DNA from: Lama glama
Lineage: Eukaryota
DNA: 64,000 nucleotides
Reading direction: 5' to 3'
NCBI GenBank assembly: GCA_028534125.1
Contig: CM052817.1
Location: 11,658,001 to 11,722,000, forward strand
Positions 25,364-38,590 of this stretch are shown in pieces. Each line of letters begins with the position of its first letter. Position 1 is the first letter of the stretch. The notes below the pieces were generated by a model, which was not told the DNA's origin, ran no database searches, and saw only the letters and a list, made by a program, of their open reading frames with translations. The position numbers and the translations under genes were made by a program.

Positions 25364-25468
25364 TCTCTTTCTCTGTCATTTGATGACCTCTTTAGTATTA
25401 TGTTTGAGTTCCTTTCTCTTTATTTTTTATGTACCTACTTTAGGTTTTTGCTTACCTTGAGGTTCCTG

Positions 25469-25530
25469 TATATCTATATCTGTATCTGTATCTATATCTT
25501 TATCTGTATCTACATCTATATCTATATATA
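25469..25530. repeat. Degenerate (TATCTR)n hexamer repeat
   Basis: tatctatatctgtatctgtatctatatctttatctgtatctacatctatatc. Confidence 0.85.
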
Positions 25531-27249
25531 ATATTTTAAACTGATAGTCATTTACGTTCACATTTTAAAGTCTCTAAATTTTTTACTCCCCATCATGTTT
25601 TATGTTTTTGATGTCACATTTTACATCTTTATATGTATCCTTTAGCTGCTTATTATGATTATAGTTGATTTTCAACTTTTGTCTTTTAACCTTCATACTA
25701 GCTTTTTACATGGCTGATCAACTGCCTTTACTATATATTTGCCTTTACCAGTGAGATTTTATCCTTCATATAGTTTTGTATTATTATTATGGCCTTTTCT
25801 TTTTTCCTTAAAGGAGACCCTTTAACATTTCTTTTAAGGCTGGTTTAGTGATGGGGAACTTCTTTAGATTTTGCTTTTCTGGGAAACTCTTTCTTGCCCT
25901 CAATTGTGAATGATAACCTTGCTAGGTAGAGTATTATTGGTTGTTAGTGTTTTCCTTTCAGTACTTTTGATATATGATGCCAGTACCTTCTGACCTGTAT
26001 GGTTTCTGCAGAAGAATTATCTGATAATCTTATGGGGGTTCCCTTGTATGTAACTAGTTGTTTTTCTCTTGCTGCTTTTAAGATTCTCTGTTTATCTTTA
26101 ACTTTTGACATTTTAATTATGTGTCTGGTGTGAGTCTCTTCGGGTTCATTGTTTGGGACTCTCTGTGCTTCCTGGATTTGGATGTCTATTTCCTTCACCA
26201 GGTTAGAGAAATTTTTTTGTGATTATTTCTTCAGATAGATTTTCTGTTTCTTTCTCTTTTTCTTCTTCTTCTGAGACCTCTATAATACAACTGTTAGTAT
26301 GCTTGATTTTGTTACAGGGGTCCCTTCAACTACTCTCATCTTTTTTATTCTTTTTCCTTTTTGATGTTCTGATTGGGTGATTTCCACTTGTCTTCCAGAT
26401 CATTGATTCATTATTTTACATGCTCTAAACTGCTTTTGATTGCTTCTAGTGTTTTTTTGTTTGTTTGTTTGTTTCATTTATTGTATTCTTCAGTTCTGAT
26501 TGGTTCCTCTTTTATATTTTCTATCTCTCTGTTGTAGTTCTCACTGAGTTCATCCATTCTTCTCCTGGTTCCATAAGCTTATTTATGACTATTATTTTGA
26601 TCTCCTCCTAAAGACCTCTGCATATCTGCATTAGATCTTCTGTTATACTACCTGGTACTTACTTTTTGAAGTAATCACCTTAATTACTTCCCCTTCATTC
26701 CCTCATTAGCCTTCAAGCTTTCAACCATTCTAAACTCTCTATGTCCCATTGACTCTTCAAATAGAACATTTCTCAACTATCCCTTTGTGTCTTCCAAGAT
26801 ATACTCCCTTTTTTTTTGCTGTATCCTTTTTAAAAAATTATCTTATTACCTTTATATCTTTAATTTCTTCTCCTTTATTTAACTTTTTTTTGCTTCAAAC
26901 AATAACAAAATCCTCCAAATAAAATAATGCACATGTGTCCAGTCAGTTTCTTAATTGTGATAGTTCTTTTCTAATTTGGCTGTTATTTTTGAATCTGTTG
27001 ACCTGTTTTGTTTTAATTGCTGCTGCCCTAGCTTACACCTTTGTTTCTTTCATGTCTGGATGTTTTTCCTGATCTGGGCCCATCTTTCCATTCAATCCTT
27101 ATTTCCCAATATAATCTTTATATACTTTAAGCTCTTTATTCTTGAGGCTATTCAAACACTTCCTTGCCCTCCACAACTCCTTGCTTTAGTTTTTATGATT
27201 GAACCTGGAGATCTGTTAACCTTTTCATTTCTCTACTCATCAGTATTTT

Positions 27250-27535
27250 CCTGCTCATCCTTCAGGGCTTAACTCAAACTCTCTTTCTTCCTAGATTTAT
27301 TTCACTAACTCTTCAAGCAGAATTTTCTTCCTGCTTTCAATAATTAATGATCCTCTAATGTCACATTAGAGTGTTGAGCTTTTCTTAATAAATTGTAGTA
27401 TTATTCTTTTTTTTAACATATGTCTCTGCCATAAGAGTATAATCCACTTGAGGGTAAGTGTGGCATCTCACTTATCTTTGTGCTTAGAGTGTTGCCTGGC
27501 ACATAGACATGTCCAATAAAAATCTATTAAATAAA
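27250..27535 (+). mobile_element. L2 3' end
   Basis: ccacttgagggtaag...tgcctggcacatagacatgtccaataaaaatctattaaataaa. Confidence 0.7.
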
Positions 27536-28783
27536 GGGGTAAATTTAAATAGGTTCTAAATAATTTTAATCAAATTGTGAATAATTGCTGAGGCATACTT
27601 TTTTTGGTTTAATGACACAGAAAAACAGCCACAGCTGCCCACACAGATACTCTGGACTCTTGGACAGAGCTATCACTAACCTTGGATTGCAAATTTTTAT
27701 ATCCATAAATAATCCTGAGCAAGCTGCTCTGTGAAAATTTCTTTCTCCTTTAGGGAGTGGGTAAACCAAAGATGTTAATTGTGAAAAGGCAGAGAAAAGT
27801 AATAATCTGTAGGATGGTGATTTAAAAATCTTGAACTTCGGTTAAAAATAAGTAGTTTATTCAGACAGCCTTCCTCTATTCATCTTGAGCTGTATAAAAA
27901 CCTAATGATCAAAGAGTCAGCTAATTATTGTCCCCTGAAGAGTACATGTCATTTGGATACATATCACTTATCATATTTACAAAGAAAGTGTCTATAAACA
28001 TCATTTCACAGATGGGTCAATCTGATACCCATAAACTTTGGAAAAAATGTCTAAACCTTGTAGGAAGTCTACAAGAATAAAGGTTACACAACACTCATTT
28101 CCTGTATCAGCTACTCTGGCTGTAAAAATAACTTCATGAGCTCTCAGTAGAGGGCTGGAAAACAAATCATGGAGGCTCTGGAAGTGGTAGGCATAAGAAA
28201 CAATAATAGAGCATTTGTACTTACGGCTACCATACTCCTTGGAGCCCAGCCATGACCCCAGGCCCAGAAGAGATTGTAGCTTTAGGTAAGCTTCCTGGGG
28301 AAGGTGAACCTAGTCTAGGATGGGATGGTAGAGCCCACCATGAAGCCTAGGTGTTTTGGAATGCATGGATGACCTTCTGACTTATATTTGGTTTGAGCCC
28401 ACTGGAACTGATCTGACCTCAGAGTGTGCTATAATAAGTAACTACAATGAAGTATGATTAAGTATAAAAGTAGAGTCACTTATAAAATGCAATAAGAATG
28501 TTAAACTCATTTATCAGTTGAGGAAATTACTGGTGAATATCTTTCCAAAGTCATCTAGCTAATAAATGGCAGAGACAAGATTTGAACACAGTTCTGTTTT
28601 ACTCATACATGTGTTTTTAATCAGTATGTGATTCCACATTTATGATATATGTGTGTGTATATCTATATATCTATATATAGATATATCTATATGTCACACA
28701 TACACATACCTTATTTGTAATATGTGTTAAAAATTTTAAGGGGCTCAGCACACATAGGGATCTCTGTTTATGTTTAAGGAGTC

Positions 28784-29306
28784 TGTATTATTTGACTATT
28801 GCCATGTAACAAGATTATCCCAAAACTTGATGGCTTAAAACAGCAACCATTTATTCTTACATAGTTTCTATGGGTCAGAAATCCAAGAATGGCTTATCAG
28901 AAGTTTCTGGCTCAAGATTACTCATGAGATTGCATCAAGCTTTTGACTGGGGTTGTGACCTCATCTAGAGTTCAGAGTATAGAGTATGGAAGGGGTCCTG
29001 CTACCAGCTCGCTTGTGTGGCTGTTGGCAAGCCGCAGTCTTTCAACACATGGCTCTCTTCACAGGGTTGCTTCACAAAATGACAGTCTGACGAGAAGTCT
29101 AAGAGTAAGCAAGTGAGAGCACCCCAAGGCAGAAGCCACAGCTTTTTATAACCTAGTCTGTGGAAGTGACATACCATTACTTCTGCTATATTCTGTTCAT
29201 TAGAAGTGAGTCATTAAGTTTACTCTCTCTCGAGGGGAGGAGAATTACTAAAGGGCATGAATACCAGGAGATGTAGATTATTGGGCCCTCTTGGGTGCTT
29301 ACTACA
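28784..29306 (-). mobile_element. MaLR solo LTR (MLT1F-like)
   Basis: tgtattatttgactattgc...cccaaaacttgatggcttaaaacagcaaccatttatt...gggcatgaataccaggag...ctactaca. Confidence 0.85.
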
Positions 29307-29839
29307 GGAGATGTCTCTTAGTTTTTATCATCAGATTTTCTTTTCTAAGACCATGTACAGTTTCTTGGGCTCAGCAGTACTTGTGTTTAGAGTATTGCAG
29401 AATCACTACTGCAGGCATCAGACAGAAATCAGTGCAATACGGCATTGCAATATGCATCTTGTCATTCTGGGCAATCCTCTGGTATGTGTTTCTGATGACA
29501 GATCTGTAAGTGTAAAGCATTCCATTACGATCCGTGAAGAAGGTCATAGTTATTACAATTGATAGATATTGTGAAAGGCAAACTTTATAGTAAGAAAATA
29601 GTGTGACATGGATTAGGAGACTGGGACCTAGATCTCATCCTTGTATGGATGTGTTATTTAGTCCCTCTGATTCTCAGTTTCCTTATCTATAAAATGTGGT
29701 GGTTGAGCAAAACGGGAATTGACAACTCAAAAGTCATCAGATATCAAGCAAATAATACGAGAGAGTGAAGAGAGCAGGTATAATACAGAAATGAGCAGTG
29801 GAACTGTAACAACTGGAGAAGGAACAGAGTATCTCTGGG

Positions 29840-30010
29840 ATGGACCCGTACCGTATTTCCACAGGGAGTTATGGGCACAATGTGGCCAGATCTTTGCCTT
29901 TTCAAAAGAAATTATAAATCAAGGCTTTTGTAACATTTTTCTATTTTTAAAAACTCTGTATTGGGCAAACAAACACTATTTATACTGTTGGTGGTCAGTT
30001 TGAAATCCTT
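29840..30010. mobile_element. hAT-Charlie DNA transposon fossil (MER102-like)
   Basis: tgtggccagatctt...ttttcaaaagaa...gggcaaacaaacac...cagtttgaaatcct. Confidence 0.45.
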
Positions 30011-31089
30011 CAATGAGTATATTTTTAAAACATCTCAAGCTTAAAAAATTATGTTTCTATTGTTCATTTAAGAATGTCAGCTTAGGAATACAGAGTGTAG
30101 GACACATTTATTGCATACATTGGAAAAAAATTTCTTTTATAGTACAATTATTGTAGGCACATATAAAAATATTCTTTTTTTCCCTTTAGGTGGTTTGTTT
30201 TTCGAACACTCCAGTTTCTTCAGAAAGATCTACATTTCTGTTCCAAGAAATCAATAAAGAACAGTTAATGTGAAAGAACTTCTCATTTCATTTATATTTG
30301 ACTCTTAGTGCTGCTGGGAAAATAGAACAGGAATTACAAAATGAGAAATTTAAATGAATCTTGATGCTGTCTGATAGGAATCTATACCACCTCAGGTCAT
30401 GGACTCAGTGGTAACATCTATCTAATACTTGTTAAAATTAAGTCATAAATTGTATTCATAAAGATTTTTTATAAGTAACCTCACACAGGGTCAATGTCAA
30501 CAGAAGAAATTAAAAAAGCAATTGAGGAGTCTTGATGAATGAGTTTGTGAGCCCTGGAATTGACTGCATGATTGTCAGGACCCAATTTTTACCTAATAAA
30601 CACGCAAATGCCATCATTAATATTGACACAAGGAAGTTAAATGGCGATAGTCTCCATGATAAAATGTCATTTTGGAAGAATTAATATGAAGATCATGAGT
30701 TTAAACCCACAGAACAGACATGAAATGGAAAATTCTGGGCTCTGTGGGTTGTGGAAGTGATAAATTGGGAGGGAGCTATTTCTAAAAGTTTTTATGCAAT
30801 TAAAAAAAAATTGGTTAGATGAAAGGGACGGCTATTGTACTAATTTCAGGGAAACTATTGTCTTCACTGATTGCTGGCTTCAGAGAAAGCACACCTAACT
30901 CCAGTGAACTACTTCACCACCTTGCCTTTACATCAGCAGCAGGCTTCTGACTCCTGGCCCTGCAGGGATAGTAGCCATTGTGGACCTAGTGACTTGCGCC
31001 CCAGGATCAGAGTTTGCTAATCATCCTCCTGGATTGTCTCCTGCCAAACTGATTAGACAGAACTGCTGGTTTTCAGGCCATTTAGCAAA

Positions 31090-31320
31090 GAGATTCTCGG
31101 CTTAGATTTTGCAGTAAGACCACCTGAGTTTGCATTCTGTTTAGATCATGTATTTGTTAGCTCTGGGATCTTGGACAAGTTGCTTAATATCCCTCTGCCT
31201 TGACTTTCTCATCTATCAAATGGGAATAATCCTAGTACGTGGGATTGAGGATTAAATTAGTTGATGCATATAAATAATAGCACAGTAAGCATTCAATCAA
31301 CTTTAGCTATTACTGTTGTC
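31090..31320 (+). mobile_element. MIR SINE
   Basis: atcttggacaagttgcttaatatccctctgccttgactttctcatctatcaaatgggaataat. Confidence 0.85.
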
Positions 31321-32914
31321 ATTCTTTTCTGCTAAGGACTTTGATAGCCTCTTAGGACTTCTCCCCTTGCTTGCTACACTTGCTATGTCTATTGCTACTA
31401 TTGCTAATTTCTGGTGCCAAACTTACTTAAAGGTTCCTATCTGTGATTAGGAGATATTCTATCGAGTCATCCTTTTCAAAATCATCACTGGGTTAGAATT
31501 TTTTTACATATGGCAGGTACCCGAATCATACTTAGTAGATAGAAGGGTTCCTGGATATGTTTTCTAGTGCCTGGCCTAATGCAGATCTCTGCAAGCGGGG
31601 CCCAAGGTTTCAGTAATAGGATACCACTGCTAATGTGGATCTTAGTATTAAAAATTCTGTAGTAGGGTTTTAATATCCCCCTTTTTTGCAATAAGGAAGC
31701 AACATTCATTTCTTTTTCTAGATTTAGCTCATCTATCACAGTCTTTCAAAACATTTTGAGCTCCCTTGTTCCCTACACAGATCATTTCTTCCTTGGAGCT
31801 GCCACTGTATCCTGTAACAACTTTTATTCTGGGAACCACATCATTTTAGTGCAACTTTTGTGTGCATGTCTGATCTCTAATTGGGAGTCCCTTGAAAATA
31901 TCTGCAGTACTTAAAACACAGCTGGCATAGAATAGACCCTTAAAAAATGCTTCTTGAGTAAGGATGAGGAGCAGGTTGGCTGCCAGGAAAATGGCTCTGT
32001 TGGTGAAGACTTCGCTGAAGACTTTTTTGTTCATTCAGACTGGGTCAGGCTCTGTCCAGACGTCATTTTCTAAGGAAGACAGATGACTTGAGCCATCTGT
32101 CTGAGCACAAAATGAGTGATTCCCAAGAAGGTTGCTGTCATCTGGATTTGGTACAGCTACCTTCAACAGTGCTTGAATAAGGAGGGTTATCTAACTTAAG
32201 ACTTTGTGAAGGCAATTAAAGGATTTTTTTTTGAGAATGGAGCCAAAAGTGTAGAAAGAACTTGTGCTCTTATTAATATTCACTGTGAGCATAAAGTCAC
32301 ACACACATACAGACACACAGTAATGCACAGAAATATCTAAGAAAAAATAATAGAACATAGCTACTGTCACAGACCTGGAGCTAAGCTGTTTACCCATATT
32401 ATCTCACTCCAGTTTTACAACCTTTTGAGCTGTTCATTCATACCATTATAAAAATGAAAAAAACTGGGTTCTCTCAGAGAGGGGAAGGGGCTTGGGGATT
32501 ATGAAGCAGGGAAGTGACAAAGCTTGATTGACCGAATAGAGATTGATGTGGAGTTTATGGGCTGGACCATAGTTCTTCTCCAGGGAAATAAATGAAGGGA
32601 AGGCTGTGGTGGAGTTAGGGAGTTGTTCCATACCAGCTTAATTTTTGTCATTTCCAAGATAGTAGTCTGTATATAATGATGTGGCAGTATCTGTCTCCGT
32701 CTTGGGGGAATCCAGAGAAAAACTCCCACAATTTTTCCAAGTGTTTTTACAAAATAGATGATTTTTTAAATGATTTCAAAAATGATGTTCCATTGGTTTC
32801 TAGATTCCCCCCCCCCCCAAAATTGTCCAGAAGGAAATTCTCAGTCTAAGATGTACTCAGGTCCTTTAAAAACAGCATGAGGCCAGTCCCACCACTCACC
32901 AGAATGTCATTGGA

Positions 32915-33250
32915 ATTAATGAGTCCCCACTGTGTGCCAAGCATTGTGCTAGGCCCTGGAAATATACAGGCAAACAAGGCAGCATAGTCTTTGCCCCATA
33001 GAACTTTCACTCTAGATGGGAAGACAGACACTAAATAATTACACAGAAAATTCTGCAATTACAATAAAGAGATGAGCAATGGAAGGCGAGTACATGTCAT
33101 TAAGGAAATTATAAGAGGGGGAATAACTACATGGAAGTTGGGAGAGAACTGTCATCAAAATCTGCCCCAAGGTTTTGATATTTCAACTGAGCCCTGCAAG
33201 ATGTGTAGAATTTATCCAGCTAAAAGGGAAGGAACTCTCCAGGCAGAGCA
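32915..33250 (-). mobile_element. L2 3' end
   Basis: gagtccccactgtgtgccaagcattgtgctaggccctggaaatatac...tctagatgggaagacagaca. Confidence 0.8.
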
Positions 33251-33949
33251 CATACTTGTCTGTCATCTGGCATGTCAATTCCTGATTTTTTTTGAACACC
33301 TGCTCATGCTTTGATCTTGGTACCAATCTCATTCTACTCTGGGCATATTCCATTTCAGATAGGAGATAATTGGCTTGTGCTTCAACCAGTCACTCTCCTT
33401 TGCCTCTCTTACTGGCTTTGGAACTGGTTCACAGCTTCTTCTATATTGGCTTCTCTTTGCCTCTTGATTTTTGCTCTCTTCAGCTTGCTTTGTGTTTGCA
33501 TGTTAAAATCGAAGAGGAAGAGATTTTAGAAAAATACATTTTTCATTTTAGAAAATGCTAGTTGTATTGAAGAGGGTTCTCTGAGACGCAGAGCAAATTT
33601 AAATTGCATCTCTTATTTGATACGACTGTTGGTGAACATAAGAAAATAGCACCCATTTATTAAGGAAGCCATGTGCAAAGGCAAGGCATGTTTGCAAAGG
33701 CTTATTATAGTACAAGAGGCAATTGCTGCTTTGTTTATTTGGTTTGTGGCTAAGTCATTACAATTCTCCTCTTCTAGAAAAGAAAATGCACATAGACTGA
33801 GATGTCTCTGGCAGCATAATTGCTTCCATTTTATTTAAAGATAACCCAAAATTTAAAAAAAAAACATTGTTGCAGTGGAAATTGCTTATTTTGAGCTGTC
33901 CAGCATTCATTTGCTCCAGTCTTGGAAACGTCACTCCAATATTCTTTGC

Positions 33950-34750
33950 AGTATCATATTAAAGTAATGCTGACTATTGTAATAAATAAATGGTAATTTT
34001 TTAATGTCTAAGTATTATAAAAATATACTTCCCTCTCATGTCGTATTCTGATGTGAGTGGTCCTAGGAAAGTGGTTTCTGCTTCCTTATGCAGAGGTCTC
34101 CAGTCCTTCCAACTTCTTGGGTCTGTCCTCCTCTAAATTTTTAGAGTCCTATCCTTAGCAGACAGGTGGAAAAAGGTAGAGAGTATCACATGTGGAAAGT
34201 TGTCATGGGCAAGACTTTCATGCCATTGGCTACAGTTTCATCACAGGACCACACCTAACTGCAAAAAAAGCAGGGAGATGCATTCTAGTTGCCTGTGTGT
34301 GAGGAAAAGAAACCAGAAATCTATGCTGCAGGTATCTGTCTCTTCCTTTGCCTCAGAGAATGCTGATTAATCAAAAAAAAAAAAAAAGACATAGCATGTG
34401 TCTCATCTCTCGCCTATTCTGCTCAGGAATGGACATATGACCTAAGTTAGTTCAGTCACATTGGGACTCCAGATTTTTGTTGTGATCGGGTGGCATATGC
34501 TTTCCTGATGGTGATAAACAAGAGAACACCGTCCTGAGATGGGAGGAGAGGTGGGGAGGTACCTTAGAGATTGAAGCCAACACCTAAAAGTGGATCCAGA
34601 AATGGAGACAAACTATTTCTGGTCATCGTTTTAGCTGTTGGATCAAGCTTTTCCGGAAGCCTTGTCTAGTTTTCCAGAGGATCCAGTTAGTTCCCTCCTT
34701 TTGTTTAATTCAGTATGAGTTACAGTTTCTGTTCTTGAAAATTTGCAGTC
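33950..34750. mobile_element. Old MaLR (MLT1I/J/K-like) LTR fragments
   Basis: ccattggctacagtt...accacacctaactgcaa...gggagatgcattcta; LTR-type 3' end near 34630-34740. Confidence 0.5.
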
Positions 34751-35324
34751 TTTCAAATAGCATCATGAGTGATAAAATTACACAAAACCTTTGGGAATAT
34801 ATATTGTTTATGTGACTTTGGGGAATGATTTAATTGGAGAAATGGGCTGATTTTTAACTTAAGGCATTTTAATTGCCTCTGATTACGCACTTGCTAGTTC
34901 AACAAAGGTGTTGTAAGATACACCTGTTGTGCTTTTTCACCTCACCTGGGGCAGTTTCCATTATAAACACAGTTCTCTGCTGGCCAGCTTTTGACTTCCC
35001 CCTTATTGGCAATATTGGTCATTTCAGTGGTTGCACTGTTGAAACTCATGTCTCTAAATACATTGGGTTTCAAACAAAAGCCAGGATAGGACAGGAATCA
35101 AACTTCTCCCTCGGTTACACACATGTGGGTGATGGCATTCATCGTTTTCATGTAACACTTCCTGAGAACTAACAATTAGTGCAGTGATGTGTCCAAATCT
35201 GTTTATAAATGCATGGTGAAATACAGAACTTCAAAGTGTATAATGTTACGGTAACAAAGGGGGCTTTCAGGATCTCTTTGAGATGGAAGAGTAAAGAACG
35301 GTTAGGGGAGGCATGGGCTACTTT

Positions 35325-37120
35325 ATTAGTTAGGATATAGACTCAGCTATAACAGAAGAAATGTTTTAAGCAAAAGAGAATTTTATTTTTCTTTTATAGA
35401 GATATTTGAACTGATATTATGACTGCTCCGAGAATTCTTCAGAGACACAGTTTCCTTTCATTTTGTTGCTATGACCTTGTTCACATGATCCAGAGTAGCT
35501 CACCATCACATCTGAGTTTCAGCTAGGGTGAGGATGGAGAGGGAAAGGGAATGGGGTTTAGTGGGAATAGGTTAAATTGTGCTATAGTAATAATCATCTC
35601 CCAAACATTAGTGGCTTATTTTTTGCTTATGTGACATATTTATGATGGGTCACGAGGGATTCTGCCTCATGTTGCTCTCACTCAGGGACAACAGAGGCTG
35701 GATATGCACCATCTGGAACATTGTGAGGGCCTATGGCAAGAGAAGGGCAAGCTAGATAGTTTTGCATCAGCAGTTAAAAGGCTTTGCCCTTCACCTTTTT
35801 GGCCAGAACTGATCACATGGTCATACCTAACATCAAAGAGTCAGGAAGTACAATCCTACAGTGGGATGTAAGTGAACATTCCTAAAGACTACTACAGAAA
35901 CTGGCCCCTTCAGAGACTGAGCTGAAAGTTGCATGTATCAGTTCTTCTCACATCCTGTTAGAACACTGCCATATGGTTGCACCTAACGAAAAAGGAAGCT
36001 GGCAAATGCTAATTTTTATTTCTGTGACAGTGGTTGTGATTTCTAGCTTTTCCTTTTGACTTTTTTCTTAGCTTTTCCATCTCTCCACTTGCGTTGTATA
36101 TGTTCTTCCATGCTGTCCACTCTTTCCATTAGAGGCTTAGGATATGAATCATAGTTACTTTGCCTGGTCTCATAATTCCAAAGTATATGTCATATATGAG
36201 CCTGGTTTGATTGCTTGCTTTGTGTCTTAAGATTGGTTTTTTTTCTTGACTAAAAGGCATTAGAATACCTTGTAATTTTTTGTTGAAAGCCAGACATGGT
36301 GTATTGGGTAATAGGGATTGAGGCAAATAGGTCTTTAGTGTGTGGTTTTATGTTTATCTCACTAGAAGATGTTTCTGTTTACCAGCTGTAGGTGTTTGAG
36401 GCTTCAGTTTTCTCTAGCATCCTTATTTGTCTTCTGGGTTGTCTTTGGGTTTCCTTAGGAACCTCTTCTTGAATAGAGTCTTAGCCTTTCAGTTCAGTTC
36501 AATAACGGTTGAAATCTCCTATTATCCAGGAGCTCTGCTGATGTGGCGGTAAGGTGTGGGGTGACATGGGAAAGCATTCTGTACTCCTGTGATTCACTCT
36601 CAGTCTTTTAGTGAGAATCACCGGGCTATGACCTTCACAAGTGTGTCTCAGCTTTTAATTTTTCTTACTTAGATGAGGTAGGAACGTTGGAGAAGGGTCT
36701 GGAGTTGTGTATTTCTCCCACATGAGTTAGGCTCTATAAATCAGTTTCCCTTAAGGGCAGGTGAAGAAGAGAAGGCTCTGTGTGTTCTCTGTTGTGATTC
36801 TCTGTATTTGACTGTTTATCTTTCCAGTTTCCGGGGCATTGGTTTGCCTTCTGCTCTCAGTTCTCCAATGGACCTAAGCAGAGTTGTTAATTTTCAGTTT
36901 GAAGTGAAATCTGAAAGATTTTCTCTTGTTGTGAGGAAGGTGGTGTGACTTCCAAGTTCTTTACACGTCCAAGCAGAAGCTGGTTGTTAATAGTGTTTCC
37001 ATCACTGAAGTAATGTCCACTGGTGAATGTGGTCTTTATGCCTGGGGGCCTTGTGTCCAGTTAATAATCGGAATTCCATCACTATATATTAAGAAGGGGA
37101 ATTGGCAGCCTCTGACACAC
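35325..37120 (-). mobile_element. Nested cluster: MLT1J-like LTR interrupted by an MLT1I-like LTR (~35560-35895) and an old L1 5' fragment (~36040-36990)
   Basis: MLT1 motifs (cacatggtcatacctaac, gaagctggcaaatg, ggcagcctctgacaca) recur around an L1-type block (gttgaaagccagacatg...). Confidence 0.55.
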
Positions 37121-37513
37121 TCTTGTTAATGGAACTGCAGATAAGAACACTGCAGGGCTTAGGTATCTCTGTAGAGCCCACAGAATCACCCTTAGAGAAC
37201 AAATCAGCATTGGGAATCACTAAGCATGGACAGTCCCAGTGCTAGATTTATAGCTGTGCCAGTAAGGTTGGAACTTCTGTCCTTATCTCTCTTTCTTCTC
37301 CAGCTGTGACACTGGAGAGCCACTGGGTGGTCTCATGAATGGGCAGGAGGAATGGAGGTGAGGCAGTACAGAAGTGAACCTCCCCTTACTCTCCAGTGCA
37401 TGCAGGGGAGACTTTAATGGGAGGAGAGTTTGGAGTTTTAGTATTACAATGGACAAAGCCTTTTATTACCTGTGACCGGAGAACAACTGAATTACTGGAA
37501 GAGCTATGGACGC

Positions 37514-37967
37514 TGTGGCAGAGACTGCCAGTTGCCTCCTTTCCCTCCTCCTTACTTTGTAATAAGCCTGGATTTTCAGCTAGGCATGCTGTGCCCCACC
37601 AGAAAAACTACCCTGAACAGCCCTCTGGACAATAAACTGCAAGCAGAAGTGTTGTGTTGTACCTGTTAAGCCTCCTAAGCATTCCTTTCTTTACTTTTTC
37701 CTTTATCCTCCTCCTTAGAATGTGGATCTCCAGCAGCCCTTTCGGACCATAAAGATGGAGGGGTGTCACTCTTTAGGTTTTGGGGAGCAGTGAACTAGAA
37801 GGAACCTGACCCCCTGAGGAACATGACAATACCAGCCCAGCCCTGGACAGTTCACTCCAAAGCTCATTTTATATGAGATATTTATAAATATTAAGTTTCT
37901 ATCTTATTTAAGCCACTCATTTTCAGGGTTCTGTTTCTCCTAATAAAACCTAATTTTAACTGATACA
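37514..37967 (+). mobile_element. MaLR solo LTR (MLT1J-like)
   Basis: tgtggcagagactgccagttgcc...tcttatttaagccact...ggttctgtt...taactgataca. Confidence 0.8.
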
Positions 37968-38149
37968 GAACCCATGTCCAAGATTTTATGCATACGGGAG
38001 AAAAATAGGACCATGGGGCAGGTGTGCAGATCTACAGTGGTGAGAATAAACTTGATTTCTCTAGATTCTAGCTCATTCAGTAAACCAAATAGAAAATAAA
38101 CTCACAGCTGAGCAAAGTCTCCTACCCAGACCAAGAAAGAGGAGGGGAG

Positions 38150-38590
38150 CTGTGTAAGCTCAGGTCCTTCAAGAAGCAGACATCAACATGGGACTAAATA
38201 TGCAAGAATTTTATTAGGAAAAACACCTGAATGAGAGAAAATAATGAGAGATCGGGTAAGGCTGGGAGAGCCATCAGACTGCTATGCAAGGATGACCCGA
38301 CGTGAAGAGAAAAGGGGAACGTTGGATGGATGAGTGCCAGACTGTCATGCAGTCAAAGGAAAGTTGGATAAAGCCATCAGGGAGCCTGGAGCCCAAACTC
38401 ACCCTTGTAGGAATCCTGTATCTGCCAGTGATGGGTCTGTCTTGATGTCCCTGCCACACTCAGTCTGTGGCTGGGGGCAACCCATGCAAGGCATGGCCTC
38501 ACACAAACTGCTGAGAAATTCAGAGCTCAGCAGCCATAGCCCTCCCTAAACTGGGGGCTCTGTGAAGTTCATTCTCATAGCCACCCCAAA
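38150..38590 (-). mobile_element. ERV-L LTR (LTR16/LTR33 group)
   Basis: ggtccttcaagaagcagac...tgcaagaattttattagg...gctgggagagccatcagac. Confidence 0.7.

Larger units (their letters stand above)
20230..26600 (-). mobile_element. Older L1 (ORF1, inter-ORF region, ORF2 EN/RT) hosting nested insertions
   Basis: ORF1 peptide IQIQEAQRVPN...RILKAAREKQLVTYKGTPIRLS (25944-26198); EN peptide DIYRT.H...SNAHGTLSRIDH...FSDHNAMRLEIN (21570-21773). Confidence 0.9.

Noticed and set aside
21570..26198. Apparent near-full-length L1 (ORF1 plus ORF2) on the minus strand
   Set aside because: A composite of at least two L1 copies with a duplicated RT region, stops, frameshifts and SINE insertions, and no recognisable 5' UTR promoter; cannot be active
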